NCBI GenBank assembly: GCA_964016885.1
Contig: OZ024754.1
Coordinates: forward strand, 43,338,001 to 43,402,000
DNA length: 64,000 nt
Reading direction: 5' to 3'
DNA from: Eledone cirrhosa
Taxonomy: Eukaryota
Below are positions 1-13,982 of the stretch, in pieces; the stretch's first letter is position 1, and each line of letters starts with the position of its first letter. The translations under genes and the position numbers were made by a program. Below the pieces are notes generated by a model that was not told the DNA's origin, ran no database searches, and saw nothing but the letters and a program-made list of their open reading frames with translations.

Positions 1-1
1 A

Positions 2-232
2 CCGCCGCCGCCTCCTCCTCCAGCTCCCCCACCGCTGCTGCCTCCTCCTCCTCCTCCGTCCCCACGCCGTCCTGCAGCCGCAACTGACCCGCCGCCGGTT
101 GGGTCTTTGTTGTCCGTAGTTAAGACGTCTTTGCCGATTGAGGAGGCACCGCCGCCGCCACCATCGAAGAATGAGTGGGAATCCTGTGAAATCCCAATGG
201 CGAAGCCTCTCTTCTTCGCTTTAAACAAAAAC
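2..232 (+). CDS. Candidate coding exon, truncated by the window edge; strand ambiguous
   Basis: Only GC-rich non-repeat island. Plus frame 2 is open from the edge: [77 protein letters not shown], then a weak donor aac|gtatct at 233. The minus strand is also open (acceptor ttttgtttaaag at 219-220; KKRGFAIGISQDSHSFFDGGGG...). Protein not recognised. Confidence 0.4.
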
Positions 233-399
233 GTATCTATTGTACCCGTTGTGGTTTTTGGCCGAGGGTTTTATGAACAGGAGGGGCACTTATTGTCCTT
301 ATTATCAATGTTATTATTAAAGTACCAGTAATACACTGGAATAATTGGTGGCCTTGAGTCAAAAGTAGAAACAACTGTTGATGTTATTGTTGTTCTTGT

Positions 400-769
400 T
401 ATATATATTTTTATAGTTATATATATATATTTATATATTTATATATTTATATAGTTATATATATATATTTATATAGTTATACAGTTATATATTTATATAG
501 TTATATATATATATTTATATAGTTATATATTTATATAGTTATATATATATATTTATATATTTATACAGTTATATATTTATATAGTTATATATATATATAT
601 TTATATAGTTATATATTTATATAGTTATATATATATATTTATATAGTTATATATTTATATAGTTATATATATATAGTTATACAGTTATATATTTATATAG
701 TTATATATATATATTTATATAGTTATATATTTATATAGTTATATATATATATTTATATAGTTATATATT

Positions 770-802
<33 letters not shown>

Positions 803-822
803 ATTTATATATTTATATATTT
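400..822. repeat. AT-rich minisatellite (TATATTTATATAGTTATA variants)
   Basis: Tandem reiteration visible directly. Confidence 0.9.
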
Positions 823-955
823 AGGATGAGAAGTTATTTTTTTTTCTGAAGTTATTGTTGCTTTGTTGTGTTACGATATTGTGTGATTATTACGGTAGGG
901 GGAGCTAGTGTATTTTGTGATGATGCTTGATAAACATATATATATATATATATTA

Positions 956-1130
956 CAGTGGCATTCCGTTATAATGAAATTCACGGGGTATAATAAAAGA
1001 CTTCGTTGTAACGAAAAATTCTTTAAAGCAAGATTGACCGAAACATCTAGCTTGTGGCCGAGAATTGAAACCAATTTCGTTATACTGAAAAATTCGTTAT
1101 AATGTTATTCGTTATAGCGGAAATTTACTT
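956..1130. mobile_element. Tc1/mariner (Tigger/pogo-like) MITE
   Basis: TA|CAGTGGCATTCCGTTATAA ... TTATAGCGGAAATTTACTT|TA: imperfect TIRs, TA flanks, internal TTCGTTATA subterminal repeats. Confidence 0.55.
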
Positions 1131-1186
1131 TATATACTATTCAAAGTTGTTTGTCTTGTTTCTTACCTTTTTCTTAATAATTTAAC

Positions 1187-1237
<51 letters not shown>

Positions 1238-2840
1238 GTGTGTGCGTGTGATAAAATTGTTTGTTATTAAAAGTAAATATATTGTTTCATCCGTTTTTCA
1301 CCGGATCTCCTGTTTTTTAGGCTTTCCTATTCTTTGGTCACTTCTTCAGACAAACTCTTGGACGTGTGCTGGTGCTGGTAACTCACACAAACTCCTATCC
1401 GATGGTCATTTCTTTCAGGCACATTTCTGGTCGATGGTCACTGTCTTCAAACGTAAAATACTCCGGAATGTCTTATATTTATTTAACTTCTTGTTAAAAG
1501 CTTTTGGCTTTAAACCATTAATGTTTTCTTTTACTTATTCAAATATATATATATATATGTATATATATAGTGATAGCGATGTGTATGTATTCAGATACTT
1601 GATATATGTGTATATATAGAGAGAGATGTGTATATATGTGTATATATAGAGAGAGATGTGTATATATTCTTCAATTTATGTTGATCGCAAAATGTTAATA
1701 ATTCTGTGTTGCCTTCAATTATATATTTATATAGTTTTCCAGGCTTGTTTATACAACATTATATACATACATTAAAATATAATTATATATGTCTATATTG
1801 ATATATAAATATAAATGTACATATATTACCTTTCCGTTCGTATTTTTATATTCAGCATACACATATATGATATATAATAAATATATTTATGTATGTATAT
1901 TGTATTTCTGTATATGCAAGTATTTCTTACCAAAATATATTCCTTAGATGTTTACAGTGTTGTTATATTATTTATGAGTTATGTATAGACACAAATGTAT
2001 ATTAGCAACAGAGGATTATACAAATATATATATATATATATATGTATGTGTGTATGTATATATATAAATTTCGTTGATCTGTAGTGGCAGTGATTTGCTG
2101 ATGGTGATGACAATAATAATATTTATGGTAGTATTGTATATGTTTCTAATGATGCTGTATATGATAACAAAATAAAGCACTTTTTTTTGGAGTGTATGTA
2201 TATATATAAATATATATATATATATATTTATATATTCCGGGCACGAAAATACAAACAAATATGATTTGGTCAAACTTTATCCCAACTTGTGTACATCCAT
2301 CCACACGGTGTAGAAAAATTAGTCCCTGGTGCCAAACACTTTACCATTTTTTTTTTCACATATTTCTTTACAAAAAAAAAAAGAAAAACGTGGCTATTTC
2401 GCACGGAATTTTAACTTTACTCAAGAATATAGATGCATAGATTTTTAAAATGTAGGCCAGTGAAATCTCATTCTCTCACAGTAGACAATTCTTTAACAAA
2501 GATCTCTGCGAAGAAATGCCTTAGCATATGGATGGATACCAGAGGTTACCCATAATTCCACGAAACAAAGTTTGTTTCCTCTCTAACTAAAGACTACGTA
2601 TATTTCTTTTTCTTTTTTTTCGGTTCTCTTTGACTATTCCTTACTCTCTCTCTCTCTCTACTCTCTCTGTCTATACTTTCTCTCTCTATCTCTATCTCTC
2701 TATCTCTCTCTCGTTCTGTCTGTATATATCTGTCTCTTTTGTATTTTGTTTGCTTTTTCTGAGAGATTTTTTTTTCAGAATTCTAAAGACAAAAAAGATT
2801 ACACCTAACCACACACAAACACATATAAACATACGTACAT

Positions 2841-2929
<89 letters not shown>

Positions 2930-2958
2930 CATATGTATATACATATACATATATATTT

Positions 2959-3010
<52 letters not shown>

Positions 3011-3022
3011 GTATATATATAA

Positions 3023-3149
<127 letters not shown>

Positions 3150-3201
3150 TATTTACGTATCTATATATATATATACTATCCCCCCATCTCTCTCTCTATA
3201 T

Positions 3202-3233
<32 letters not shown>

Positions 3234-3629
3234 GTATATATATGCCAAGACCAATTTTTTTAATATAATGTTTTATCGCTCTTCCTTACGTCAGCAAACT
3301 TAATTGTACAGAGGTGTGTGTCTGTGTGTGTATGTGTCTGTGTGAGTGTGTGTGTGTGTCTGTGTGAGTGTGTGTGTGTGTATGTGTCTGTGTGAGTGTC
3401 TGTGTGTGTCTGTGTGTGTGTGTGAGTAAAACATTTAGATTTACTGCTGCTTTTAAGGGAAGATATTAAGGGGGGGGGGGTCTCGCCTCGCCCTCCTTCT
3501 ACCTCTTGCTACCAGCACCCGCCAACTTTCTGGCATCGTTTTAGTCACACATATATACCCCTACATATATATACACACATGAGCACATATATATACATAC
3601 ATAGGTTTATATATTTATATATAAATACA

Positions 3630-3688
<59 letters not shown>

Positions 3689-3899
3689 AGTTTATATATA
3701 TATATATATATATATAAATATATATGTATATATAAATATATATATATACATGTTTTTATATATATATATATATATATATAAACATATATATATAAATATA
3801 TATACATATAAACATGTATATATATATATAAAAATATATATATATATAAACATGTATATATATATATATATACGCAGCATATACACATTCGTACGTGTG

Positions 3900-3937
<38 letters not shown>

Positions 3938-4114
3938 CACACGTGCTACTGGTTCTATACTATCTCTAGAGTCTTATTCCCCGTTTCTAAGTTTACCCCA
4001 CCCCTCCCCCAGCACACTGACACCACACCCCACACCAACATTCTCTCTCTTAGAATCTTTCTTTCTTTCCTTCGTCTCTTCTTTCTCTATCAGCCTTCCT
4101 GCTGCCTTGCTCCT

Positions 4115-4173
<59 letters not shown>

Positions 4174-4188
4174 AATATATATAGGCGT

Positions 4189-4231
<43 letters not shown>

Positions 4232-4505
4232 TGTGTGTAAGTATATGTATGTATGTGTTTGTCAGTTTCTGGCAAACCTAAAAAGTAAAACCAAAGAAAA
4301 GACATCTAAAGAAAAGAAAAGAAAAGAAAAGAAAAGAAAAGAAAAGAAAAGAAAAAGAATATATATAAAGAAAAGTAGTCACAAAAAGAAATAGTCTTGT
4401 TCTAAGTACTAGCACTAATACCAGTGGCACTACCACTGCTACTACTATAATACAGGAGACTGTGAAGAAAGAACATGTTTTATACACATACACATACACA
4501 GAAAC

Positions 4506-4538
<33 letters not shown>

Positions 4539-4586
4539 CGTGTTTATATATATATATATATATGCACACCCAAACACATACATGCG

Positions 4587-4620
<34 letters not shown>

Positions 4621-4884
4621 TTTATTATGGCTAATTAATGTGTCTTGATGGATTTTCACCTGTATATATCATATATTGGAACATTTTTCCTCAGAAAATA
4701 AAAATGACATTCTACTTACATCAAATGAGTGCTTATACACTTAATGTTTACTTGTGTTAAGCACTATGTTATTTTGAACCCCCATTCTAACACACACACA
4801 CACACACACAGAGACAGACGTAGATACACACACACACACAGACGCAGATACTCACACACACACACACACAAGTTTTGCAGTAAT

Positions 4885-4985
4885 TGAAATAAAGTGTTTT
4901 GCTAATGGATACAACGCGATGTCCGGAATCGAATCCCTGATATTACAATCATGAGCAGAATATTGAAACCACTAAGCCATGCGCC
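4885..4985 (-). mobile_element. tRNA-headed SINE family 2, 5' fragment
   Basis: gaaataaagtgttttgct...ggaatcgaatcc...aaccactaagccatgcgcc matches 19048-19160. Confidence 0.7.
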
Positions 4986-5097
4986 CTAACACGTATGCTT
5001 CAAACATTAATAGAGAGGTTTCCCAGTACTCCTCACGATATTGTTATCTTTTGCTCTGGTAGATGTTCGTTTGTCCACCCCATTTCGCCTGCCTTTT

Positions 5098-6036
5098 GTT
5101 GTATGTGGTCCTAGATGTATGTATTACCTCCTAGATGTGTGTATTACCTGCTTGTGTGTTGTATGTGGTCCTAGATGTATGTATTACCTCCTAGATGTGT
5201 GTATTACCTGCTTGTGTGTTGTATGTAGTCCTAGATGTGTGTATTACCTGCTTGTGTGTTGTATATGGTCCTAGATGACTGTATTACCTGCTTGTGTGTT
5301 GTATGTGGTCGTAGGTGAATGTATTACCTCCTAGATATGTGTATTACCTGCTTGTGTGTTGTATGTTGTCCTAGATGTGTGTATTACCTCCTAGATATGT
5401 GTATTACCTGCTTGTATGTTGTATATGGTCCTAAATGTGTGTATTACCTCCTAGATATGTGTATTACCTGCTTGTGTGTTGTATATGGTCCTAGATGTGT
5501 GTATTACCTCCTAGATATGTGTATTACCTGCTTGTGTGTTGTATATGGTCCTAGATGTGTGTATTACCTGCTTGTGTGTTGTATGTGGTCCTAGATGACT
5601 GTATTACCTGCTTGTGTGTTGTATGTAGTCCTAGATGTGTGTATTACCTGCTTGTGTGTTGTATATGGTCCTAGATGACTGTATTACCTGCTTGTGTGTT
5701 GTATATGGTCCTAGATGTGTGTATTACCTGCTTGTGTGTTGTATATGGTCCTAGATGTGTGTATTACCTGCTTGTGTGTTGTATATGATCCTAGATGTGT
5801 GTATTACCTGCTTCTGTGTTGTATATGGTCCTAGATGTGTGTATTACCTGCTTCTGTGTTGTATGTGGTCCTAGATGTGTGTATTACCTGCTTGTGTGTT
5901 GTATATGGTCCTAGATGTGTGTATTACCTGCTTGTGTGTTGTATGTGGTCCTAGATGTATGTATTACCTGCTTGTGTGTTGTATATGGTCCTAGATGTAT
6001 GTATTACCTGCTTGTGTGTTGTATGTGGTCCTAGAT
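5098..6036. repeat. Minisatellite with a 40-bp unit (GTATRTGGTCCTAGATGTGTGTATTACCTGCTTGTGTGTT) and a 60-bp variant
   Basis: About 20 tandem units; the 60-bp form has an extra 20-bp CTAGATRTGTGTATTACCTC. Confidence 0.95.
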
Positions 6037-6059
6037 ACTGTATAATGTGTTCGTGTTTT

Positions 6060-6142
6060 CGTTCATCCTTACGGGGTCGAGAAAATAAAGTACCAGTAAT
6101 GTACTGAATAATTGCTGTCCTTGTGCCAAAAGTAGAAACAAT
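6060..6142 (+). mobile_element. SINE family 1, 3' fragment
   Basis: ttcatccttacggggtcgagaaaataaagtaccagt...gtgccaaaagtagaaacaa. Confidence 0.8.
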
Positions 6143-6206
6143 TATTATATTTTTTATACAACTTTTGTAATAAATAGTCTGCATATATATATATATATAT
6201 ATATAT

Positions 6207-6400
6207 AACGAAGGAGGTGTGGTAAGGAACCAGATGGACCATAACGCACCAGAGTACTCAATACTTAGGGTAGTAGAGTGGGAAATAGGAAAAAGTATGA
6301 CCCCGACGGCAGAGCTCAAACAGTTTCGACGGCTATTTCAGTCCAGAAATAGCCGTCGAAACGGTTTGAGCTCTACCGTCGGGGTCATACTTTTTCCTAT
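6207..6400. mobile_element. Fold-back element family A (Penelope-like pLTR derivative) in (TA)n
   Basis: About 55-bp inverted arms 6285-6339/6346-6400 containing the 3' half of a hammerhead (GAAACGG...CCGTC|GGGG); (TA)n on both sides; homologous to 36246, 53978 and 59755. Confidence 0.75.
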
Positions 6401-6583
6401 ATATATATATATATATATGGGTGGTTACTTTGTGTAGTTAACACTAAGGTGTAGCTAGGTTTAGCTTGTGGGTGAGGAGAATATATACATAGGTAGATAG
6501 TTAAGTTAGGAAGAGACAGACTTGGTTAGTTGTGGCTGATGCGGGAACTTGTGAAGTTTCTACGTTAGCTGGGTAACACCAAC

Positions 6584-6704
6584 TACTACTGCTACTGCTA
6601 CTGCTACTACTGCTTCTACTACTGCTACTACTATTATTACTACTGCTACTACTACTGTTGCTACTCTACTACTACTGCTACTACTACTACTACTGCTACT
6701 ACTG

Positions 6705-6749
<45 letters not shown>

Positions 6750-6877
6750 TTATTACTACTGCTACTACTACTGTTGCTACTCTACTACTACTACTGCTAC
6801 TACTACTACTACTACTGCTTCTACTACTACTACTACTACTACTACTGCTACTACTACTGCTACTACTACTACTGTTG

Positions 6878-6909
<32 letters not shown>

Positions 6910-7027
6910 GTTGCTACTACTACTACTACTGCTACTACTACTGCTACTACTACTGTTGCTGCTGCTGCTACTACTACTACTACTACTACTGCTACTACTA
7001 ATGTTGCTGCTACTACTACTACTGTTG

Positions 7028-7085
<58 letters not shown>

Positions 7086-7110
7086 CACTACCACTACTTC
7101 TACTACTACT
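6584..7110. repeat. (CTA)n/(CTG)n microsatellite
   Basis: Direct. Confidence 0.95.
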
Positions 7111-8024
7111 AGGGAGGTAGGCTGGTTGGTAGGTAGATTGATTTGTATGTAAATGGGTTGGTAAATAGGTTGGTTTGTAGTTAGTTAGGAGGGTAGATTG
7201 TTTGGGAGGTAGGTAGGTTGGGAGGTAGGTAGGTAGGTAGGTAGGTAGGTAGGTAGGTAGGTAGGTTAGTAAGTAAGCTAGTTAGTCGGTAGCTAGCTTG
7301 GTATGTTGGTAGGTAGATAGCTTGGTATGTAGGTAGATAGGGAAGTTGGTAAGAAGTCTAGTAGGTAAGTAGGTAGATTAGTTGATTGGTAGGTTGGTAA
7401 CTAGGCTAGTTAGTAGGTAGATAGCTTGGTATGTTAGTAGGTAGATAGCTTGGTATGTTGGTAGATAGGGAAGTTGGTAAGAAGTCTAGTAGGTAAGTAG
7501 GTAGATTGCTACGCAGTTGGATTTGCTTAATTTTCTTGAAAACATGAAATCTTTTACAAACTCTTCACCGTCCCCACCATCATCACCAACAGCACAACGG
7601 CAGCAAAACCACCCCAGCATCACCCATACCATCATCACCCCCACCCCCAGCATCACCCATACCATCATCACCCATACCATCACCACCACCACCCCCAGCA
7701 TCACCCATACCATCATCACCCCCACCCCCAGCATCACCCATACCATCATCACCCCCAGCCCCAGCATCACCCATACCATCACCACCACCACCCCAGCATC
7801 ACCCATACCATCATCACCACCACCATCACCACCACCACCACCAGCATCACCACAACAGCAACACCACAATCAATACCACACCACCACCACCACTACCCCC
7901 ATCACCAGTAACCCACCCCCCAAAAAACAGGATGCTAGCCGACATCCGCTTCAAAGACTGCTTCTGTTGCTGAGCAGCCAGCTTTGCTAAACAGAAACAA
8001 ATAAATTGAAGACTTAACAATAAC

Positions 8025-8025
<1 letters not shown>

Positions 8026-8104
<79 letters not shown>

Positions 8105-8328
8105 AAGTAGTAGTAGTAGTAGTGGTCGTAGTAGTGGTCGTAGTAGTGGTGTTGATTGTAATAGTAGTAGTAGTAGTGGTGCTGGTGGTAGCAGTAGTAG
8201 TAGTAGTGGTGGTAGTAGTAGTAGTGGTGGTGGTAGTAGTAATAGTGGTGGTGGTGGTAGTAGTAGTACTAGTAGTAGTGGGGGGGGGGGTAGTAGTAGT
8301 AGTAGTAGTGGCCAAGGTGGTAGTAGTA

Positions 8329-8380
<52 letters not shown>

Positions 8381-8447
8381 AAGTAGTAGTGGCCAAGGTG
8401 GTAGTAGTAGTGGTGATGGTAGAGGTGGTAGCAGTAGAGGTAGTGGT
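8026..8447. repeat. (GTA)n/(GTG)n microsatellite
   Basis: Direct. Confidence 0.95.
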
Positions 8448-8559
8448 CATTTTATTTATCAAAGACGTTCCACCCGTGAACATCTCGTACTTATGACTAC
8501 TTTGTCAAAATAAAGGCGTGTCCGTAGTGATTAAATGGGTTTAGCTTACTTCGTAAGAT

Positions 8560-8745
8560 CCCGAGTTCAATTCGGAGAAGTAGGGGCCCTATCCGGAGAC
8601 ACTCTCCGATCTCCAAGGTACACAATTTATCGGGTAACCTTACTCCAAAGATCCTTAAAATGGACCCCATTTCGGCTGCTTGTATTCGCGATCGTATTCT
8701 TTCGGTCATTACACGAAAGATTCTTGACCATAGGTAAGGGTTGTC
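8560..8745 (-). mobile_element. Decayed RTE-clade LINE, region C-terminal to the RT core
   Basis: TLTYGQES(frameshift)VMTERIRSRIQAAEMGSILRIFGVRLPDKLCTLEIGECLRIGPLLLRIE resembles the RTE/Expander-type YG.E.W.MTERIRSRIQAAEM.FLRR motif. Confidence 0.8.
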
Positions 8746-8855
8746 GTCAATGCTAAACTTATACACTCCATGCAAATTAGACCGACCCTTTTAAGTCATG
8801 TCTGTACTTTGTATGAGATAAACTTGTTTACAGCTTTGCTAAACCATATGGGTAG

Positions 8856-8901
8856 TTATTCCCTGAAGAGGATTAATAATGCTTGAAATATATAGAGATA
8901 A
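8856..8901 (+). ncRNA. Minimal type I hammerhead motif, decayed helices
   Basis: ttattcc CTGAAGA ggattaataatgctt GAA ATATAT A gagataa; palindromic helix III; helix I has one mismatch; helix II is weak. Confidence 0.5.
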
Positions 8902-9047
8902 TCTGTTTTTTCTGTGTACAGAGGCAAACTTGAGACTGTATAACAATTCATAGATTATTTTTTTACCTGCGAAAACTTCTAATTAAAAAAAGAAAAGGTA
9001 GTTACATCTCTCTTAAGGTTACCCTGAACTTTATATATATATATATA

Positions 9048-9174
9048 GGTAAGTTATTCCGGGTTGAATCGGAGGTAACCACAGTAAGTAAGGTACTCAA
9101 TACATAGCAGAGTATAAAAGTTTTAATATAGAAGAGCTACTACAGGACTAGAACTGTTTCATTCGTGAGAAATC
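9048..9174 (-). mobile_element. Family E element: tail plus 3' half of the hammerhead
   Basis: Reverse complement matches 49368-49492; (TA)n on both sides. Confidence 0.7.
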
Positions 9175-9315
9175 AATATATATATATATATATATATATA
9201 CTATACAGTGTGTACCCTTCTTCTCTTCCCCTCTCAGTTCTTTCAGTTTCCATTTCAATAGCTTTCATGTTAAGTTCGTTTATCAACAATTACAAACTAA
9301 GACCCAACCTCCCAA

Positions 9316-9326
9316 ACACCACCACC

Positions 9327-9357
<31 letters not shown>

Positions 9358-9790
9358 GTACCACCACTACTAACACCACCAATACAACCACAACAACCAC
9401 TAAAACAGCCACCACTAACACCACCAATACCACCACCACTACAAATACCACCACCACCACCACCACCACCACTAACACCACCAATAACACCACCACTACA
9501 AATACCACCACCACCACCACCACCACCACTAACACCACCAATAACACCACCACTACAAATACCACCACCACCACCACCACCACTAACACCACCACTACAA
9601 ATACCACCACCACCACCACCACCACTAACACCACCAATACCACCACCACCACCACCACCACCACTAACACCACCAATACCACCACCACCACCACCACCAC
9701 CACTAACACCACCAATAACACCACCACTACAAATACCACCACCACCACCACCACCACTAACACCACCAATACCACCACCACCACCACCAT
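9316..9790. repeat. (ACC)n-rich compound repeat
   Basis: Direct. Confidence 0.9.
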
Positions 9791-10238
9791 ATACTAGTCA
9801 CCGCAGTATTCTAAAATGTCTGCCAGCCTCTCTCATTGTCGGCCTGTCATTCCTGTTCGGTTGTCTACGTCAATGTCCACTTGTCACTCTCTCTTACTAA
9901 TGTTTCCCTATCAACATTTTACCTAAACTGTCTCCTAGCTTTCAACTTATTTGTTCTTCGTATTTTTTTAGTTTTTTTAGTTTAGTTTGCTTTGATATTG
10001 TCTTTGTTGTTGTTGTTGCTGTTGTTTGTTGTTGTTGTGGTTGCTGTTGTTTGTTGTTGTTGTTGTTGTTGCTGTTGTTTGTTGTTGTTTGTTGTTATTT
10101 GTGCAAAAAAGAAAAGAGAAACTTTGTAGTTTTAGACCTTAATGTTTAACTGTTTATCACAGACACCCCTTCTCTGTCTGTCTGTCTCTTTCTTTCTTCC
10201 ACCCCCTCTCTTTCTCTCTATGTCTCTCTTCTCACATG

Positions 10239-10271
<33 letters not shown>

Positions 10272-10334
10272 AGAATTCAAGAGAGCGAGCGAGAGAGAGA
10301 GAGAGGTAGGCTGTGTGCTTACCAATAATACATG

Positions 10335-10418
<84 letters not shown>

Positions 10419-10559
10419 TATATATATACATGTATAGGTATATCTAACTGTATGTACCTATCTATATGTCTGCCTGCATTTATTTATCTAATCTTTCATT
10501 CAATTCCTCTCTCTCTCGCTCGCTGCCCCTCTCTCTCACCCTCTCTCCCTCTCTCTCTC

Positions 10560-10597
<38 letters not shown>

Positions 10598-10917
10598 ATC
10601 CCACATACATCATCTCTAGTTCTCTCTCATACTTCCTCTCCCCCCTCCCCTTCCCCCCACTCTACACACCTTTGTTATTTCACGTGAAGTTGTATAATAC
10701 ACCAAATGAATAAACAACAGCTCTACACAACTTTCTACTTGCAGATTGATGGAACCAAACAAAAGTTACTCAAGAAATTTACCCCTAAACCCGACACAGA
10801 TGCAGTGAACACATTGTCTTAATATCAACTATCTAGGAGTTCAGATCCCGCTAACTTTAACTTTGTCTTTCATCCTTCGAAATAAAGTATCAGCCAAGTA
10901 CTTGGGTTTATTTAACC

Positions 10918-11415
10918 CAGGGGTGCGCAACATATTCCATTGGCGGGCCACTTTTGAACATTGGAACAACTATTAGGGTCAGTAATATTTATTAAGCTCT
11001 ATTCCAAAGATTCACCACAACTTCTTTCCATAACATGGAACTGGGGAAATTATACATATACACAGCCAAACATACATATGGATATATGTAGTCTATAACA
11101 GGGGTGTGTAATATATTTCATTTGTGGGACACTTTTGAACATTGGAACAACTATTAGGGCCATTGATATTTATTAAGCACTATTCCAAAGATTCACCATA
11201 ACTTGTTTCCATAACATGGAACTGGGAAACTATAACACCCATCAGTGAAGTCCTTTAGTATAGGTCAACTAACAGAAAATTGTATTACGGTTACGAAAAA
11301 TGTTACGAAAAATAAGCCTACAAGGTAAAAATTAAAAACGGTCATCGCGGGGTCATTGCGGGCCACTCTGACTGGTCTGGCGGGCCGGATTCTGGCCCAT
11401 GCCACCTGTTGCACA
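10918..11415. mobile_element. hAT (Charlie-like) non-autonomous element with an internal ~180-bp-period duplication
   Basis: CAGGGGTGCGCAAC start, GCGGGCC subterminal motifs, GTTGCACAG near the end; 10918-11050 is repeated at 11099-11230. Confidence 0.55.
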
Positions 11416-11427
11416 GTAAGCTTTTAA

Positions 11428-11621
11428 CCCTTTAGCATTTAAACCGGCCGTATCCGACCAGCATTCTCTCACCCCTTTCTGTTCAAACCAGCTGTAATCG
11501 GTTGCCCATATGTTAAAGTATTGTTCTCGAAATAAATAATATCAAAATCTCATAGATTCGATATTATGTAAGATAAAGCCTTTACCATGAAAATACAATA
11601 GTAAATATAGAGTAATGTAAA
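11428..11621 (+). mobile_element. piggyBac-like MITE, right end missing
   Basis: TTAA|CCCTTTAGCATTTAAACCGGCC; homologous to 18474 and 45034. Confidence 0.7.
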
Positions 11622-11696
11622 GAATCTCAAGTTATGTCAAGGAAGGGATAAAACTGTGTAAATATGGGGGGGGGGGGGCATTAATAATATAAATAA

Positions 11697-12090
11697 TTGT
11701 TTCTACTTTAAGCACAAGGCCAGCAATTAACCAGTGCATTACTGGTACCTTATTTTATCGACCCCGTAAGGATGAAAGGCAAATTCAACCTCGGCGGGAT
11801 AAATAATGGTTCTATATTGTTTTTAATGCAGATATTATCTTCTGGTAGAAACCTCTGGCGAGAGACGCCAGGATTTGAACTCAGGTCACATGAGTGCGAT
11901 GACATATCGCAAAGTACCCCCAACCTACTATTCTGCCAATCCAACGATTCTCTGGACTGACATTTTATTTATTGACTCCGAAAGGATGAAAAACAACATT
12001 CACCTCTGCAAGGATTTGAACTCAGATCCCTGTGAACCGGAACAAAGCCTGGACCATTTACTCCGACGTTCTAACTACTCTGCCAATCTA
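11697..12090 (-). mobile_element. Cluster of SINE family 1 fragments
   Basis: ttttatcgaccccgtaaggatgaaaggcaaa and ggatttgaactcag motifs, in one young and two older pieces. Confidence 0.75.
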
Positions 12091-12439
12091 TGGATTAGGA
12101 ATGTTTACCAATTTTTTATCTCTAAAATATATATTTGACATATGACAATTTTGTGTATAATTAGACACGTGTCTGGTGACACGTGATCTGATATTTAAGT
12201 GTGTATTTCATTTGTTAATTTCGTTAATTTCCTGTCACCCACAAAACTTAATGTATCACAATTTTTTTTTTTTTTTCCTTTTTATGAAAATATATCAGCC
12301 ATGTGAAAGGTTTGGAAAACCCTGGTCTCGGCCTTTAATCTCCAGGAGCTTAGATAACCCAAAGTTCCCATTATTGAAGAATCCTTGTCAAGTAGTTAGG
12401 TTTCACAGCGAGAGATTAAGTATGAAATTAACGCATCAT

Positions 12440-13020
12440 TATAATGAGACCACACAAGATAATATAAGACCACCAAGATTATATAAGACCACACAAATCA
12501 TATAGGATTATACAAGATTATATGAGACCACACCAGATCATAGAAGATTATACAAGATTATACGAGACTATACGAGATCAAATAAGATTATACGAAATTA
12601 TATAAGACTACACCAGCTCATATATGACAATACAAAATTATATAAGACGAGGCTAGGTCATATAAGACCACATCAATTTATACATGTCAATACAAAATGA
12701 TATAAGACCAGTCTAGACTGTATAAGACCAGACCCGTTCATATATGACAATACAAAATAATTGTTTCTACTATTGGCACAAGGCCAGAAATAACCCAGTA
12801 CATTACTGGTACTTTATTTTATCGACCCCGTAAGGATGAAAGGCAAAGTTAACCTCAAAATAATATAAGACCAGTCTAGACTGCATAAGACCAGGCTAGG
12901 TTATATAAGACCACGCCAGCTCATATATAACAATACAAAATTATTTAAGACCAGTCTAGTCTGCATAAGACCAGGCTAGGTTATATAAGACCAGCTCATA
13001 TATGACAATACAAAATCTTA
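12440..13020. repeat. Degenerate TATAAGACCA-based satellite interrupted by a SINE fragment (12760-12857)
   Basis: Recurring tataagacca and caatacaaaa units. Confidence 0.75.
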
Positions 13021-13518
13021 TAAAGTCCACAGAAAACTACAGAAGAACGTAGAAGACAATATAAGAAGATACAAGATCCGCTAAGAACATATATGCCCAT
13101 ATATGGTCATTTAAATCCCTACAAGATCATTGGAGTCCCTCGATTCAATGGCATTGTCATAGATAGGATGTAAATCCTATCTATGGTATACAGATCCTGG
13201 AATATGACGGGCATGGATGGAAACTCCCATCGATACTGATCAAACGGTAGTCCACTGACGTTCGATTATTCCGATACAGGTTCAATATGTAATGGCGGAA
13301 TTCGGTCACAAGTTGGACATGGTTGAAAAACTGCATTTTTACTGTTAGATGATAGGAGAGGAGGTAGAGAAGAAGAAGAAGGAGAAGAAGGAGAAGAAGA
13401 AGGAGAAGAAGAAGGAGAAGAAGAAGAAGAAGAAGAAGAAGACAAGCCCCCACCAACGACATGAAAAATAATAAATTTTGAAGTAATGTAAAGGAGTGTG
13501 TGTGTGTGTGTGTGAATG

Positions 13519-13549
<31 letters not shown>

Positions 13550-13610
13550 ACATGTCTGTATAGCTATGTGTGTGTGTGTGTGTGTGAGTGTCTGTGTGTA
13601 CACGTATGGC

Positions 13611-13641
<31 letters not shown>

Positions 13642-13665
13642 ACACGTCTGTATGGATGTGTAGAA

Positions 13666-13885
13666 CAGCAACGACAACAACAGCAACAACAATTGTAACA
13701 TTTATAATAAACAAACAACATCAAAGAGTAACAGCAACAGCAACAACAACAACAACAGTAACAACAACAGCAACAACAGCAACAACATCAACAGTAACAA
13801 CAACAACAACAATAGTAACAACAACAGCAACACCAACAACAGTAACAACAACAACAACAACAACAGTAACAGCAGCAGCAACAGC

Positions 13886-13982
<97 letters not shown>

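Noticed and set aside
1312-1452. Minus-strand hammerhead (CTGAAGA...GAAAGCCTA) or plus-strand exon at 1321
   Set aside because: No helix II pairing; the region holds three degenerate tgaaga..tgacca repeats and no convincing reading frame
5041-5594. Cys-rich repeat protein (metallothionein-like)
   Set aside because: Translation of the 60-bp minisatellite; the frame breaks when the period becomes 40 bp
7517-7990. 157-aa Pro/Thr-rich ORF
   Set aside because: Mostly a ~30-bp CACC-rich tandem repeat with no ATG context or plus-strand splice support
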